Of a stretch of DNA of 64,000 nt, positions 1-8,451 are shown one piece after another (the first letter of the stretch is position 1; each line of letters begins with the position of its first letter). The DNA is from Minisyncoccota bacterium (GTDB lineage Bacteria; Patescibacteriota; Minisyncoccia; UBA6257), in contig JAQVJU010000002.1 of assembly GCA_028694995.1 (NCBI GenBank), positions 67,503-131,502 on the forward strand. The letters are read 5' to 3'. The position numbers and the translations under genes were made by a program. Under the pieces are notes generated by a model. That model was not told the DNA's origin and searched no databases. It saw only the letters and a program-made list of their open reading frames with translations.

Positions 1-42
1 TCTTAATAACTATTATACCAAAAAATAACTTTCTTGAGGATA

Positions 43-996
43 TTAAGCCCTATCCCAGGGAAAATTATTGCCAAAATGACCCCATTGACTGGTTTTGAAA
101 TAGATAGGTTTTCTTAAGTCTAAGAAATCAATAATTCCTTTAGGAGTTAAATCAAATCCTTTAATTTGTATTTCCTTATTATCTATTAAAGCATTTTTCA
201 TCAAAGGTTGTTTTTGGCCAATAGCATAAGCTAATTTAACTAAAACTTCTTTTGCTTTGTATTTTTTTAAATAACTTATGGCTATTTTCCTTGCCATATA
301 AGCAGCACTACGATCAACTTTTGAAGGGTCTTTGCCACTAAAACAACCTCCACCAACAGGTATTCTTGGCCCATAACTATCAACAATAATTTTTCTTCCA
401 GTTAAACCAGTATCAGCATCAAACCCACCAATATTCCAATCACCACAAGGATTAATACAATATTCTTTTGCTTTTATTAAGGATTTTACTAATTTTTTAA
501 GATCTTTCTGGGGAACATTTTGAAAACTAACAACTACTGTTGATATCTTTTTATTTTTTATTGTTACTTGAGTTTTACCATCAAAGGGATATTTTTCATA
601 AATCTTTTGACATAAATTCCTTGCTAATTCATATTCTAAAGGCATTAAGCTTTTTGTTTCTCTGGTAGCATAGCCAATCATAATCCCCTGATCCCCTGCT
701 CCACCAATTTCTACTCCTTGAGCTATTTCTGGACTTTGTTCAACTAGATTAATACTTAAATCATAATTCTTATTAATTAAGCTATAAACAATATCTGTGA
801 TTTGTTTTTTACTAATTTTAGCTTTACTTTTAATTTCTCCAATAATGACGATTTTATTATGACCTCCGATAACTTCTATAGCGGTGCGACTATTTTTATC
901 TTTTTCTAGATAATAATCTAAAATCTTATCTGCAATTTGGTCACAAATTTTATCAGGATGTTTTGGAGAAACAAATTCTGCTGTTTTTATTTTCAT
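43..996 (-). CDS. metK: S-adenosylmethionine synthetase (short, 317 aa)
   Basis: N-term 'SPKHPDKICDQIADKILD' and 'GGGCFSGKDPSKVDRSAAYMARKIA' match MetK signature motifs; full ORF in track. Confidence 0.9.
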   Translation of the reverse strand: MKIKTAEFVSPKHPDKICDQIADKILDYYLEKDKNSRTAIEVIGGHNKIVIIGEIKSKAKISKKQITDIVYSLINKNYDLSINLVEQSPEIAQGVEIGGAGDQGIMIGYATRETKSLMPLEYELARNLCQKIYEKYPFDGKTQVTIKNKKISTVVVSFQNVPQKDLKKLVKSLIKAKEYCINPCGDWNIGGFDADTGLTGRKIIVDSYGPRIPVGGGCFSGKDPSKVDRSAAYMARKIAISYLKKYKAKEVLVKLAYAIGQKQPLMKNALIDNKEIQIKGFDLTPKGIIDFLDLRKPIYFKTSQWGHFGNNFPWDRA

Positions 997-1020
997 AATT
1001 CATATTGATTTAAAATTAAA

Positions 1021-1178
1021 ACTCCTTCTTTAGAGAAGGAGTTTCTTAAATTAAAAATCGACCTTATTATCCTTCCCTAAATTAGGGCTGGATTTAGCAC
1101 CTTCTTTAAGAAGTCATCTTAAAGGGTTGCTGCCGGATCTTAGGACCAGTTTCCTCCCCGGGCTCTTGATAACTATTA
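1021..1178 (-). ncRNA. SAM-I (S-box) riboswitch with terminator-type expression platform in metK leader
   Basis: Minus-strand read gives 'GUUAUCAAGAGCCCGGGGAGGAAACUGGUCCUAAGAUCCGGCAGCAACC...GGUGCUAAAUCCAGCC...GGAUAAUAAGG', matching SAM-I conserved blocks (AUCAAGAG, GGAGGGA, UGGCCC, CCGGCAACC, GGUGCCAAUUCC). Hairpin ACUCCUUCU-cuaaag-AGAAGGAGU + U-run (1021-1050) follows, immediately 5' of metK ATG. Confidence 0.7.
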
Positions 1179-1287
1179 ATATTCAATTATTTTGTATTAT
1201 ATTTTAGCAAAATTAAATCTTTTTGTAAATATTGATTTTTTATTTATAGCTTTATAATTAAATTATAATAAATTTTATTTTACACCG

Positions 1288-2124
1288 CTATAAAGTTTGT
1301 TCATATGATTGCTTAATCAAATCAAAAATATCGTTTACTTCATTCATTAATGTGATTTTTGCCATACCTTTATATCCCCATTGAAATGACGTTATATCGT
1401 CAACCATTTTTTTTGGATCGTTATACTTTGCTTCCCGAAGCAAAACCCTAATATGGCTTTTACCAAATTCAAACTTCACAAAACTTTTTGTTGTGCGGTA
1501 GGTAATTCCAGTTTTTTGGTTCGCAATCTCTTCTACATTTGGTAATAATTTTATTTTTTCCTGAAGCTCGTAAAAAATCTTTTTAACTTCTGGATTGGTT
1601 TTGCCAGGTGGATATTCATAACTCTTTTGTGTTTCCCCCTTTTTGGGACTATAAATATTTTCTAGGTATAAAATATCTTCTTTGTATGATGTATATTTGA
1701 CTAGTTCTACATAATTAACTTCCTGGGCGGCGATTTTAGTCCTATTATCAAAACCTTGTGAAATAAGAATGACTCGTGGATTACTCCAATTAATTTTAAT
1801 GTTTTTGCCGAGTTTATTCGCTACCAAAAGCTCAAAGTGTTTTTTGTTTTTACGAAGCCAATTAAAATAAAATAAACCTTGCGTAAATATAGCGTCATCT
1901 TGCCCCCATTTATATTCAATGATAACAGGAGCATTTGTTTCGTCTATTGCTAATGTATCAATTCTGCCACCTGTGGTCGGGTATTCTTTAGCCAAAAAAC
2001 GCATACCTAGTAAATCCTCAAGGTTATCAGCGAAAAAATCCCTCAAGCTCGCTTCATTAGTAAAATAATTTAAATCAAGTGACACTTGGTTAACTTTTTT
2101 ATCTTTTATTTTAAAAATAGGCAT
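1288..2124 (-). CDS. hypothetical protein, PD-(D/E)xK (RecB/NucS-like) nuclease fold suspected
   Basis: 'GRIDTLAIDETNAPVIIEYKW' resembles the D...(D/E)xK nuclease core of NucS/DUF91-type proteins; start placed at internal Met (MPIFKI) to avoid overlap with upstream ORF. Confidence 0.45.
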   Translation of the reverse strand: MPIFKIKDKKVNQVSLDLNYFTNEASLRDFFADNLEDLLGMRFLAKEYPTTGGRIDTLAIDETNAPVIIEYKWGQDDAIFTQGLFYFNWLRKNKKHFELLVANKLGKNIKINWSNPRVILISQGFDNRTKIAAQEVNYVELVKYTSYKEDILYLENIYSPKKGETQKSYEYPPGKTNPEVKKIFYELQEKIKLLPNVEEIANQKTGITYRTTKSFVKFEFGKSHIRVLLREAKYNDPKKMVDDITSFQWGYKGMAKITLMNEVNDIFDLIKQSYEQTL

Positions 2125-2128
2125 AGTG

Positions 2129-2443
2129 TTATTGTTTTCTAATTTTAAATATAGATACAAAGAATAACCCTGCAGCAATTAAATCTAGAATCACCCAGGC
2201 TTCTTTACTTAAATGAGTAGGTGTTAAGGGATTAAATAAAAGAGCTAATCCTCCCATTATCCAAACCCATTTGCCTTTTTTAACCTCATAGGCAATGGAT
2301 AAAACAAAAAGGGCAATTCCAGCGACTACCCATCTTAAAAAAATATAATACCAATAAGGCCAAATTCCAGAAGGAATGGCCAATAAAAGCATTATAATGG
2401 CTACAATGGATAGGATATTTTTATTTTCCATAAATTTTATCAA
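2129..2443 (-). CDS. small integral membrane protein (3 predicted TM)
   Basis: hydrophobic 104-aa ORF, no recognisable motif. Confidence 0.35.
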   Translation of the reverse strand: MIKFMENKNILSIVAIIMLLLAIPSGIWPYWYYIFLRWVVAGIALFVLSIAYEVKKGKWVWIMGGLALLFNPLTPTHLSKEAWVILDLIAAGLFFVSIFKIRKQ

Positions 2444-2524
2444 AATTTATCCCCACCACTTTCAATAAATATTATATCATTTTTTTGGAAAACAAGGAAT
2501 GCTTAGGGTATAATAAGGAACATA

Positions 2525-4102
2525 ATGAAAAATCAAGAAAAATTAGCTCAAATAATAGTAGAAAGGGCTAATAAACAACAAGTATCTACTAAACAAGAGA
2601 TTATTGAAATTCAAAGGGAAGTTAGTAAAGAATTTCATAATTTTTTTATTCCTTTTTCTGAATTATTAAAAAGCTATAAAAAATTAATTCAATTAAAGAA
2701 AATCCTATCTAATAAACAATTAGAAGGATTATTAAAAAAAGCTAGGATTCGTTCTTTATCAGGCATTGTGGCCATTACTGTAATTACTAAACCTTATCCT
2801 TGTCCAGGAAATTGTTTGTATTGCCCTGATATATCTAATATGCCTAAAAGCTATTTACCTGATGAACCAGCTTGTATGCGAGCTTTATTAAATAAATTTG
2901 ATCCATATAAGCAAATCCAAATGAGAATTCAAGCTTTAAGAGCTAATGGACATCCAACAGATAAAATAGAATTAATTGTCTTAGGAGGTACTTGGTCGTA
3001 TTATCCTAAAAAATACCAAAATTGGTTTATTAAAAGATGTTTTGATGGAGCTAATAATAAAACATCTAAAAACCTAGAATTAGCTCAAAAAATAAATGAA
3101 AAAGCTGAAAATAGGATTATTGGTCTAACAATAGAAACCAGACCTGATTATATCAATCTAGAAGAAGTTGAAAGATTAAGAAAATTAGGTGTTACTAGAG
3201 TAGAATTAGGAATTCAAAGCCTAGAAGATGATGTTTTAGAATTTAATAAAAGAGGTCATTTAATTGATAAAACCATAAAAGCAACTGAGTTATTAAAAAA
3301 TGCTGGGTTCAAGATTACTTATCATATGATGCTTAATTTACCTGGCTCTGATTTAAAGAAAGATGAAAAAATGTTTATTAAACTATTTTCCAATCCTGAT
3401 TTTCAACCAGATCAATTAAAAATATATCCTTGTGCTGTTTTACAAACCGCACCTCTGTATAAAATGTTTTTAGATAAAAAATACCAACCATATACAGAAA
3501 AACAGCTAATAAACCTTTTAATTAAAATCAAAGAGGAAATTCCTTCATATGTTAGGATTATCAGAATTATTCGTGATATTCCTGCTAATAATATTATTGC
3601 TGGGAATAAAGTTTCCAATTTAAGACAAGTCATTCAAGCTCAGATGAAAAAAGAAAACAAATCCTGTCAATGTATAAGATGTCGAGAACCTTATGATATT
3701 CCAATTGATTTTAAAAATATTAAATTAATTCATAGAGAATATATGGCTAATAATGGTAAAGAAATCTTTCTTTCTTATGAAGATGTAAAAAACAATAAGA
3801 TTTTAGCTTTTCTAAGATTACGTTTACCAAATGAATGGACTTTTCCTTATCTTAAAGATTCTGCCCTTATACGTGAATTACATAGTTATGGTATAGTGGC
3901 GCCTTTAAAAAAGGATAAGAAATCTAATATTCAACATAAAGGCTTGGGTAGTAAATTAATGAAACAAGCAGAAAAGATTGTTAAAGAACATACTCAATAT
4001 AATAAAATAGCCGTGATTAGCGGCATAGGAGTTAGAGAATATTATCGTAAATTAGGATATCGTTTATTTAACTCTTATATGATTAAAAAGATTAGAAAAT
4101 AG
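2525..4102 (+). CDS. elp3: Elp3-family radical SAM + GNAT acetyltransferase (tRNA U34 carboxymethyluridine synthase homolog)
   Basis: 'YPCPGNCLYCPD' radical-SAM Cys motif typical of Elp3, TIM-barrel middle region, C-terminal GNAT-like region; 525 aa. Confidence 0.75.
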   Translation: MKNQEKLAQIIVERANKQQVSTKQEIIEIQREVSKEFHNFFIPFSELLKSYKKLIQLKKILSNKQLEGLLKKARIRSLSGIVAITVITKPYPCPGNCLYCPDISNMPKSYLPDEPACMRALLNKFDPYKQIQMRIQALRANGHPTDKIELIVLGGTWSYYPKKYQNWFIKRCFDGANNKTSKNLELAQKINEKAENRIIGLTIETRPDYINLEEVERLRKLGVTRVELGIQSLEDDVLEFNKRGHLIDKTIKATELLKNAGFKITYHMMLNLPGSDLKKDEKMFIKLFSNPDFQPDQLKIYPCAVLQTAPLYKMFLDKKYQPYTEKQLINLLIKIKEEIPSYVRIIRIIRDIPANNIIAGNKVSNLRQVIQAQMKKENKSCQCIRCREPYDIPIDFKNIKLIHREYMANNGKEIFLSYEDVKNNKILAFLRLRLPNEWTFPYLKDSALIRELHSYGIVAPLKKDKKSNIQHKGLGSKLMKQAEKIVKEHTQYNKIAVISGIGVREYYRKLGYRLFNSYMIKKIRK

Positions 4103-4115
4103 TTTTAAAATTATT

Positions 4116-4155
4116 ATGGTAAGTTTTTACCATAATCATGGTAAACTTTTACCAT
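4116..4155. repeat. two tandem near-identical palindromes ATGGTAA-N4-TTACCAT / ATGGTAAA-N2-TTTACCAT between convergent elp3 and queH
   Basis: read directly: atggtaagtttttaccat aatc atggtaaacttttaccat. Confidence 0.5.
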
Positions 4156-4172
4156 AACAATAAACCTAATCT

Positions 4173-4733
4173 TTATTTCATAGAAAACTCACAACCACAG
4201 TATTTTTGAGAATAGAGGTTGTGTTTTTTAATTAATTCCTGTTCTTTTTGATAAGCTTGAAAAGGATCTAAATCAAAAGTTATATATTTAAGATTATTTT
4301 GTTTAGCTATCTTAAAACCATAATTATTAATAAACTTAGTATCTTTAAAACGATTAATACTTAAAGTTGTAGCAAATTCTTTAAAATCATTTTCTTTTGC
4401 AAATTCAACTGTTTTATCTAAACGAAAAGCAAAACAACTTAAGCATCTTTTATCATTTTCTGGATAAGATTCTAAAGAATGTAATAATGATTTTTTAAGA
4501 TATTCAAGCCATTTATCATGTTCATATTCATCAATAATTAATTTTAGATTATAAATCTCAGAGATTTTCTTAACTTGTTCTAATCTTTTAATACATTCTT
4601 GTTTTGGATAAATATTAGGATTGTAAAAATACAAAACAATATCTTTGTTTTGTTTTTGGTTTAATAAATATTCAATTATGGGCAAAGCACAAGGAGCGCA
4701 ACAGGTATGAATAAGCATAGAATTAAATTTCAT
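4173..4733 (-). CDS. queH: epoxyqueuosine reductase QueH (DUF208)
   Basis: 'IHTCCAPCA' N-terminal Cys cluster and size (186 aa) characteristic of QueH/DUF208; adjacent to tgt-queA. Confidence 0.75.
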   Translation of the reverse strand: MKFNSMLIHTCCAPCALPIIEYLLNQKQNKDIVLYFYNPNIYPKQECIKRLEQVKKISEIYNLKLIIDEYEHDKWLEYLKKSLLHSLESYPENDKRCLSCFAFRLDKTVEFAKENDFKEFATTLSINRFKDTKFINNYGFKIAKQNNLKYITFDLDPFQAYQKEQELIKKHNLYSQKYCGCEFSMK

Positions 4734-5832
4734 TTCTAAGTTTATGAATTAACCTCATCATGAATCTTAAATTATGAATAGAAGCTAATCTAAGATAAAG
4801 AGGCTCTTTTACAGAATAAAGATGATTAAGATAAGCTCGAGAGAAATTTTGACAAGTATAGCAATCACAATTTTCTTCTATGGGCTGAATATCTTTTTTA
4901 AATTGACTATTAGAAATACGAATATTCCCTTGTGCTGTATAAAGAGAACCATGTCTGGCAGTTCTTGTTGGGGCAACACAATCAAACATATCAACTCCCC
5001 TTTTAACAACTTCAATAATATCTTGAGCTGAAGAACCTAAACCCATAGTATATCGAGGTTTGTTTTCTGGTAATAAATCCTGAAGATAATCAAGAATTTC
5101 TAAAGTGCGAGGCATATTATAACCAATTGTTTCTCCACCTAAGGCAATGCCATCAAAATCTAAACTGGTAATAAATTTTGTTGATTCTTTTCTCAAATCT
5201 TCAAAAATACCTCCTTGGATAATACCAAAAATCAAAGGTGGTTTTTTATCTTGATTTTGATATTGCTTACTTAATTCTTGATGTTTTTTTAAAGATCTTA
5301 AAGCCCATTTATGAGTTCTATTCATGGATTTTTTAGCATATTCTTTATCATCATTATCAGGACTACATTCATCAAAAGCCATAATAATATCAACACCTAA
5401 TTTATGCTGAATTTCTATTGATTTTTCAGGAGTAATAAAATGCTTAGTGCCATCTATCGGTGAAGAAAATTCAATACCATCTTCTCTAATTTTAGCCATA
5501 TTTTTACCACTTTTAGTCCTATTTTGACCAAAACTCCATGCTTGAAACCCTCCAGAATCGCTCAGAATAGGCCCAGACCAGTTCATAAACGAATGAATGC
5601 CTCCTAGGTCATAAATTAGGTTTTCACCTGGCTGAAGAGCTAAATGAAGAGTATTAACTAAAAGGATTTCTACACCTATTTTACTTAAATCATCAGGCCC
5701 AATAGCTTTTACACTAGCCTGAGTGCCAGGGGGCATAAAAATAGGGGTTTGAAAATCTCCATGATTTGTACAAATCTTACCTAAACGAGCCCTATCTTTT
5801 TTAGATTTTTTTAATATTTTAAACATAGGCAT
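4723..5832 (-). CDS. tgt: queuine tRNA-ribosyltransferase
   Basis: 'FQTPIFMPPGTQASVK', 'LGGIHSFMNWSGPILSDSGGFQ', zinc site 'CDCYTCQNFSRAYLNHL'. Confidence 0.9.
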   Translation of the reverse strand: MPMFKILKKSKKDRARLGKICTNHGDFQTPIFMPPGTQASVKAIGPDDLSKIGVEILLVNTLHLALQPGENLIYDLGGIHSFMNWSGPILSDSGGFQAWSFGQNRTKSGKNMAKIREDGIEFSSPIDGTKHFITPEKSIEIQHKLGVDIIMAFDECSPDNDDKEYAKKSMNRTHKWALRSLKKHQELSKQYQNQDKKPPLIFGIIQGGIFEDLRKESTKFITSLDFDGIALGGETIGYNMPRTLEILDYLQDLLPENKPRYTMGLGSSAQDIIEVVKRGVDMFDCVAPTRTARHGSLYTAQGNIRISNSQFKKDIQPIEENCDCYTCQNFSRAYLNHLYSVKEPLYLRLASIHNLRFMMRLIHKLRNEI

Positions 5833-6875
5833 TATTGAATAAACATTGCATCACCAAAAGAAAAAAACCTGTATTTTTTATCAATAGCTTGTTGATAAGC
5901 TTTTAAAATTAAATCTTTATTTGCAAAAGCTGAAACTAGCATTAATAAAGTTGATTTTGGTAAATGAAAATTAGTAATTAAAGCATCTACAAACTTAAAT
6001 TTATATCCTGGATAAATGAATAAATTTGTCCAATCTTTTTTTGATTGTAATTCTGATTTATATATGCAAGATTCTAAAACTCTCACTGTGGTTGTTCCAA
6101 TAGCAATAATTCTTTTTTTCTCTTTTTTTGCTTGATTTAATTTTTTAGCAGTTTGCTCATTTAATTCAAAAAACTCTGAATGCATTTGATGATCTTGGAT
6201 ATTCTGAACCTTAACTGGAAGAAAAGTTCCTAAACCAACATAAAGAGTTACATATTCTACTTGAATATTCTTTTCTTTTATTTTATCTATCAAGTCTTTT
6301 GTAAAATGAAATCCAGCTGTAGGCGCAGCCACAGAACCATATTTTTTAGCATAAATAGTTTGATATTCTTTAAAAGAGCGTTGAGTTGGTTGAGTTATAT
6401 ATGGTGGCAAAGGAGCTTGGCCTAAAGATAAAATTTCTTTTTTTAATTCCTCACCTGTTTTATTAAAACTGATTATTCTTTCATAATTTATTTTCTCTTT
6501 GATTTCTCCAAATAAATTATCATTGAATTTTATCCTTTGTCCTGTTTTTAATTCTGGTTTGCCAATAATTATCCAATCTGCAGGCCAGGTTATAAAATCA
6601 AAAACTTGTTTATTTTGAGGACGAATAAGAAGAATTTCTACCTTACCCTGAGTATCTTCTTTTTTACCATAAATACGTGCTGGCACAACCTTACTATCAT
6701 TAAAAACCAAAACATCATTTTCTGAAAGATAATCAATAATATTATAAAAATACTTATGTTCTATCCTTCCAGTCTTTCTATCCAATATTAAAAGACGAGA
6801 ATGATCTCGCATCTCTGTTGGTTCTTGAGCTATTAATTCTTTTGGTAAATGATAATCAAATTGAGAGATATCCAT
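5832..6875 (-). CDS. queA: S-adenosylmethionine:tRNA ribosyltransferase-isomerase
   Basis: N-term 'FDYHLPKELIAQEPTEMRDHSRLLIL', 'GTFLPV', 'IAIGTTTVRVLES' QueA hallmarks. Confidence 0.9.
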   Translation of the reverse strand: MDISQFDYHLPKELIAQEPTEMRDHSRLLILDRKTGRIEHKYFYNIIDYLSENDVLVFNDSKVVPARIYGKKEDTQGKVEILLIRPQNKQVFDFITWPADWIIIGKPELKTGQRIKFNDNLFGEIKEKINYERIISFNKTGEELKKEILSLGQAPLPPYITQPTQRSFKEYQTIYAKKYGSVAAPTAGFHFTKDLIDKIKEKNIQVEYVTLYVGLGTFLPVKVQNIQDHQMHSEFFELNEQTAKKLNQAKKEKKRIIAIGTTTVRVLESCIYKSELQSKKDWTNLFIYPGYKFKFVDALITNFHLPKSTLLMLVSAFANKDLILKAYQQAIDKKYRFFSFGDAMFIQ

Positions 6876-6944
6876 TATTAATATATCTTATAATGTTTTG
6901 ATTAAATAAAAAAGGGCGTTGATTAATTTTTATTATTAACGCCC

Positions 6945-7211
6945 TTAATCTTTAAATAACCAATTTAAGGGTTTTTCTAGTAGTAAGACAAACTTTTCTG
7001 AAATTTCCTCAACCCATTCTTCAAATCGTTCTATTTTTTGAGCGACTTTTGGCATTTTAAGTGCTCTAAATATATCAGCCAATCCTATTGTTATCAATAA
7101 AAATAAGACAAAACAGAGTAACGCCAACTCAAAAAATATAGTAACAATATCAAACAATACATTTTTTGCCCTGGTTTTAATGTCTTTTTTAGGCTTGATC
7201 TTTTGAGCCAT
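6945..7211 (-). CDS. small membrane protein, hypothetical
   Basis: 88-aa ORF with one hydrophobic helix. Confidence 0.35.
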   Translation of the reverse strand: MAQKIKPKKDIKTRAKNVLFDIVTIFFELALLCFVLFLLITIGLADIFRALKMPKVAQKIERFEEWVEEISEKFVLLLEKPLNWLFKD

Positions 7212-7279
7212 TTAAGGTTCCTCCTTTTTCTATATATTTCAAACTACTAAATAGATTATACCCTAAATTAGCTTAATCG

Positions 7280-8209
7280 TCAATTAGATTCTTGCTCTGT
7301 TAACCATTTATCAGCATCTATTAGAGCCATGGCTCCCCAACTAGCAGCAGTGATTGCTTGCTTATACTTAGCATCACAAACATCACCAGCAGCAAAAACA
7401 CCTTGAATAGATGTTTTAGTATTTTCTGTTATTTTAATAGAATCATCTTCATTTAATTCTATTTGCCCTTTAAAGATCTCTGTATTAGGTTGATAACCAA
7501 TAGATAAGAATAAACCATTTATTTCTACTAATTTTTCTTGATTGGTTTTTACATTTTTAATTTTAATTCCATTTAAGAAATTATCTCCTTTTAATTCTGT
7601 TATTATTGAATCCCAGATAATCTCTATCTGGGGATGATTTAAAACTTGCTCTTGATTTCTTTTAGAAGCTCTTAAACTATCTCGACGGTGAATGATAAAT
7701 ACTTTTTCAGCATATTTAGTCAAAGTAATGGCATTTTTTATAGCACTATCACCACCACCAACAACAGCAACAGTTTTATTCTTAAAGAAAAAACCATCAC
7801 AAATAGCGCAAACAGAAATACCACGACCAATTAATTCTTTTTCTCTTTCCAAATCTAGCCATTTATTAGAAGCGCCAGTGGCAATAATTATGGCTTTTGA
7901 TAAATATTCTTTACCTTCATGAGTTTTTACTGAAAAAGGTCTTTTTTTAAAATCCACTGAGATAATATTTTTATCTAAAATCTCAGTTCCAAATTTCTTA
8001 GCTTGAATGGTTATTTTTTCTAAAAGCTCAGGGCCACTTAATTTTTCTGGAAATCCAGGAAAATCTTCTATGGCTTCACAAAGCATTAATTGACCCCCTG
8101 GAGGTGAACCAGTAAATAATAAAGATTTAAGCTGAGCCCGACCAGCATAAATACCTGCAGTTAAACCAGCAGGACCACCACCAATAATAATAATATCGTA
8201 TAATGCCAT
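7280..8209 (-). CDS. trxB: thioredoxin-disulfide reductase
   Basis: 'IIIGGGPAGLTAGIYAGRA' FAD motif, redox 'CAICDG', second Rossmann 'VAVVGGGDSA'. Confidence 0.9.
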   Translation of the reverse strand: MALYDIIIIGGGPAGLTAGIYAGRAQLKSLLFTGSPPGGQLMLCEAIEDFPGFPEKLSGPELLEKITIQAKKFGTEILDKNIISVDFKKRPFSVKTHEGKEYLSKAIIIATGASNKWLDLEREKELIGRGISVCAICDGFFFKNKTVAVVGGGDSAIKNAITLTKYAEKVFIIHRRDSLRASKRNQEQVLNHPQIEIIWDSIITELKGDNFLNGIKIKNVKTNQEKLVEINGLFLSIGYQPNTEIFKGQIELNEDDSIKITENTKTSIQGVFAAGDVCDAKYKQAITAASWGAMALIDADKWLTEQESN

Positions 8210-8451
8210 GAATTTATTCTACCAGTTTTGGGTTTATAATAGCAAATAAGCCTTTTGTTAAATAAAAAGAGAGACAATTTACAAAGTAAATTATCTCTCT
8301 GGTGACTCTCTTCTGCAAGCAGAAGAGAGAGCCCCACCGTTTGACGATCAAAAGATCGTCAAGAATATTATGGCAAATATGATTGAAAAGTCAAGATTTT
8401 TTAAAATATAGTATTCTAAATTTAAAATTGCTAAAATATGTTTAATATATC

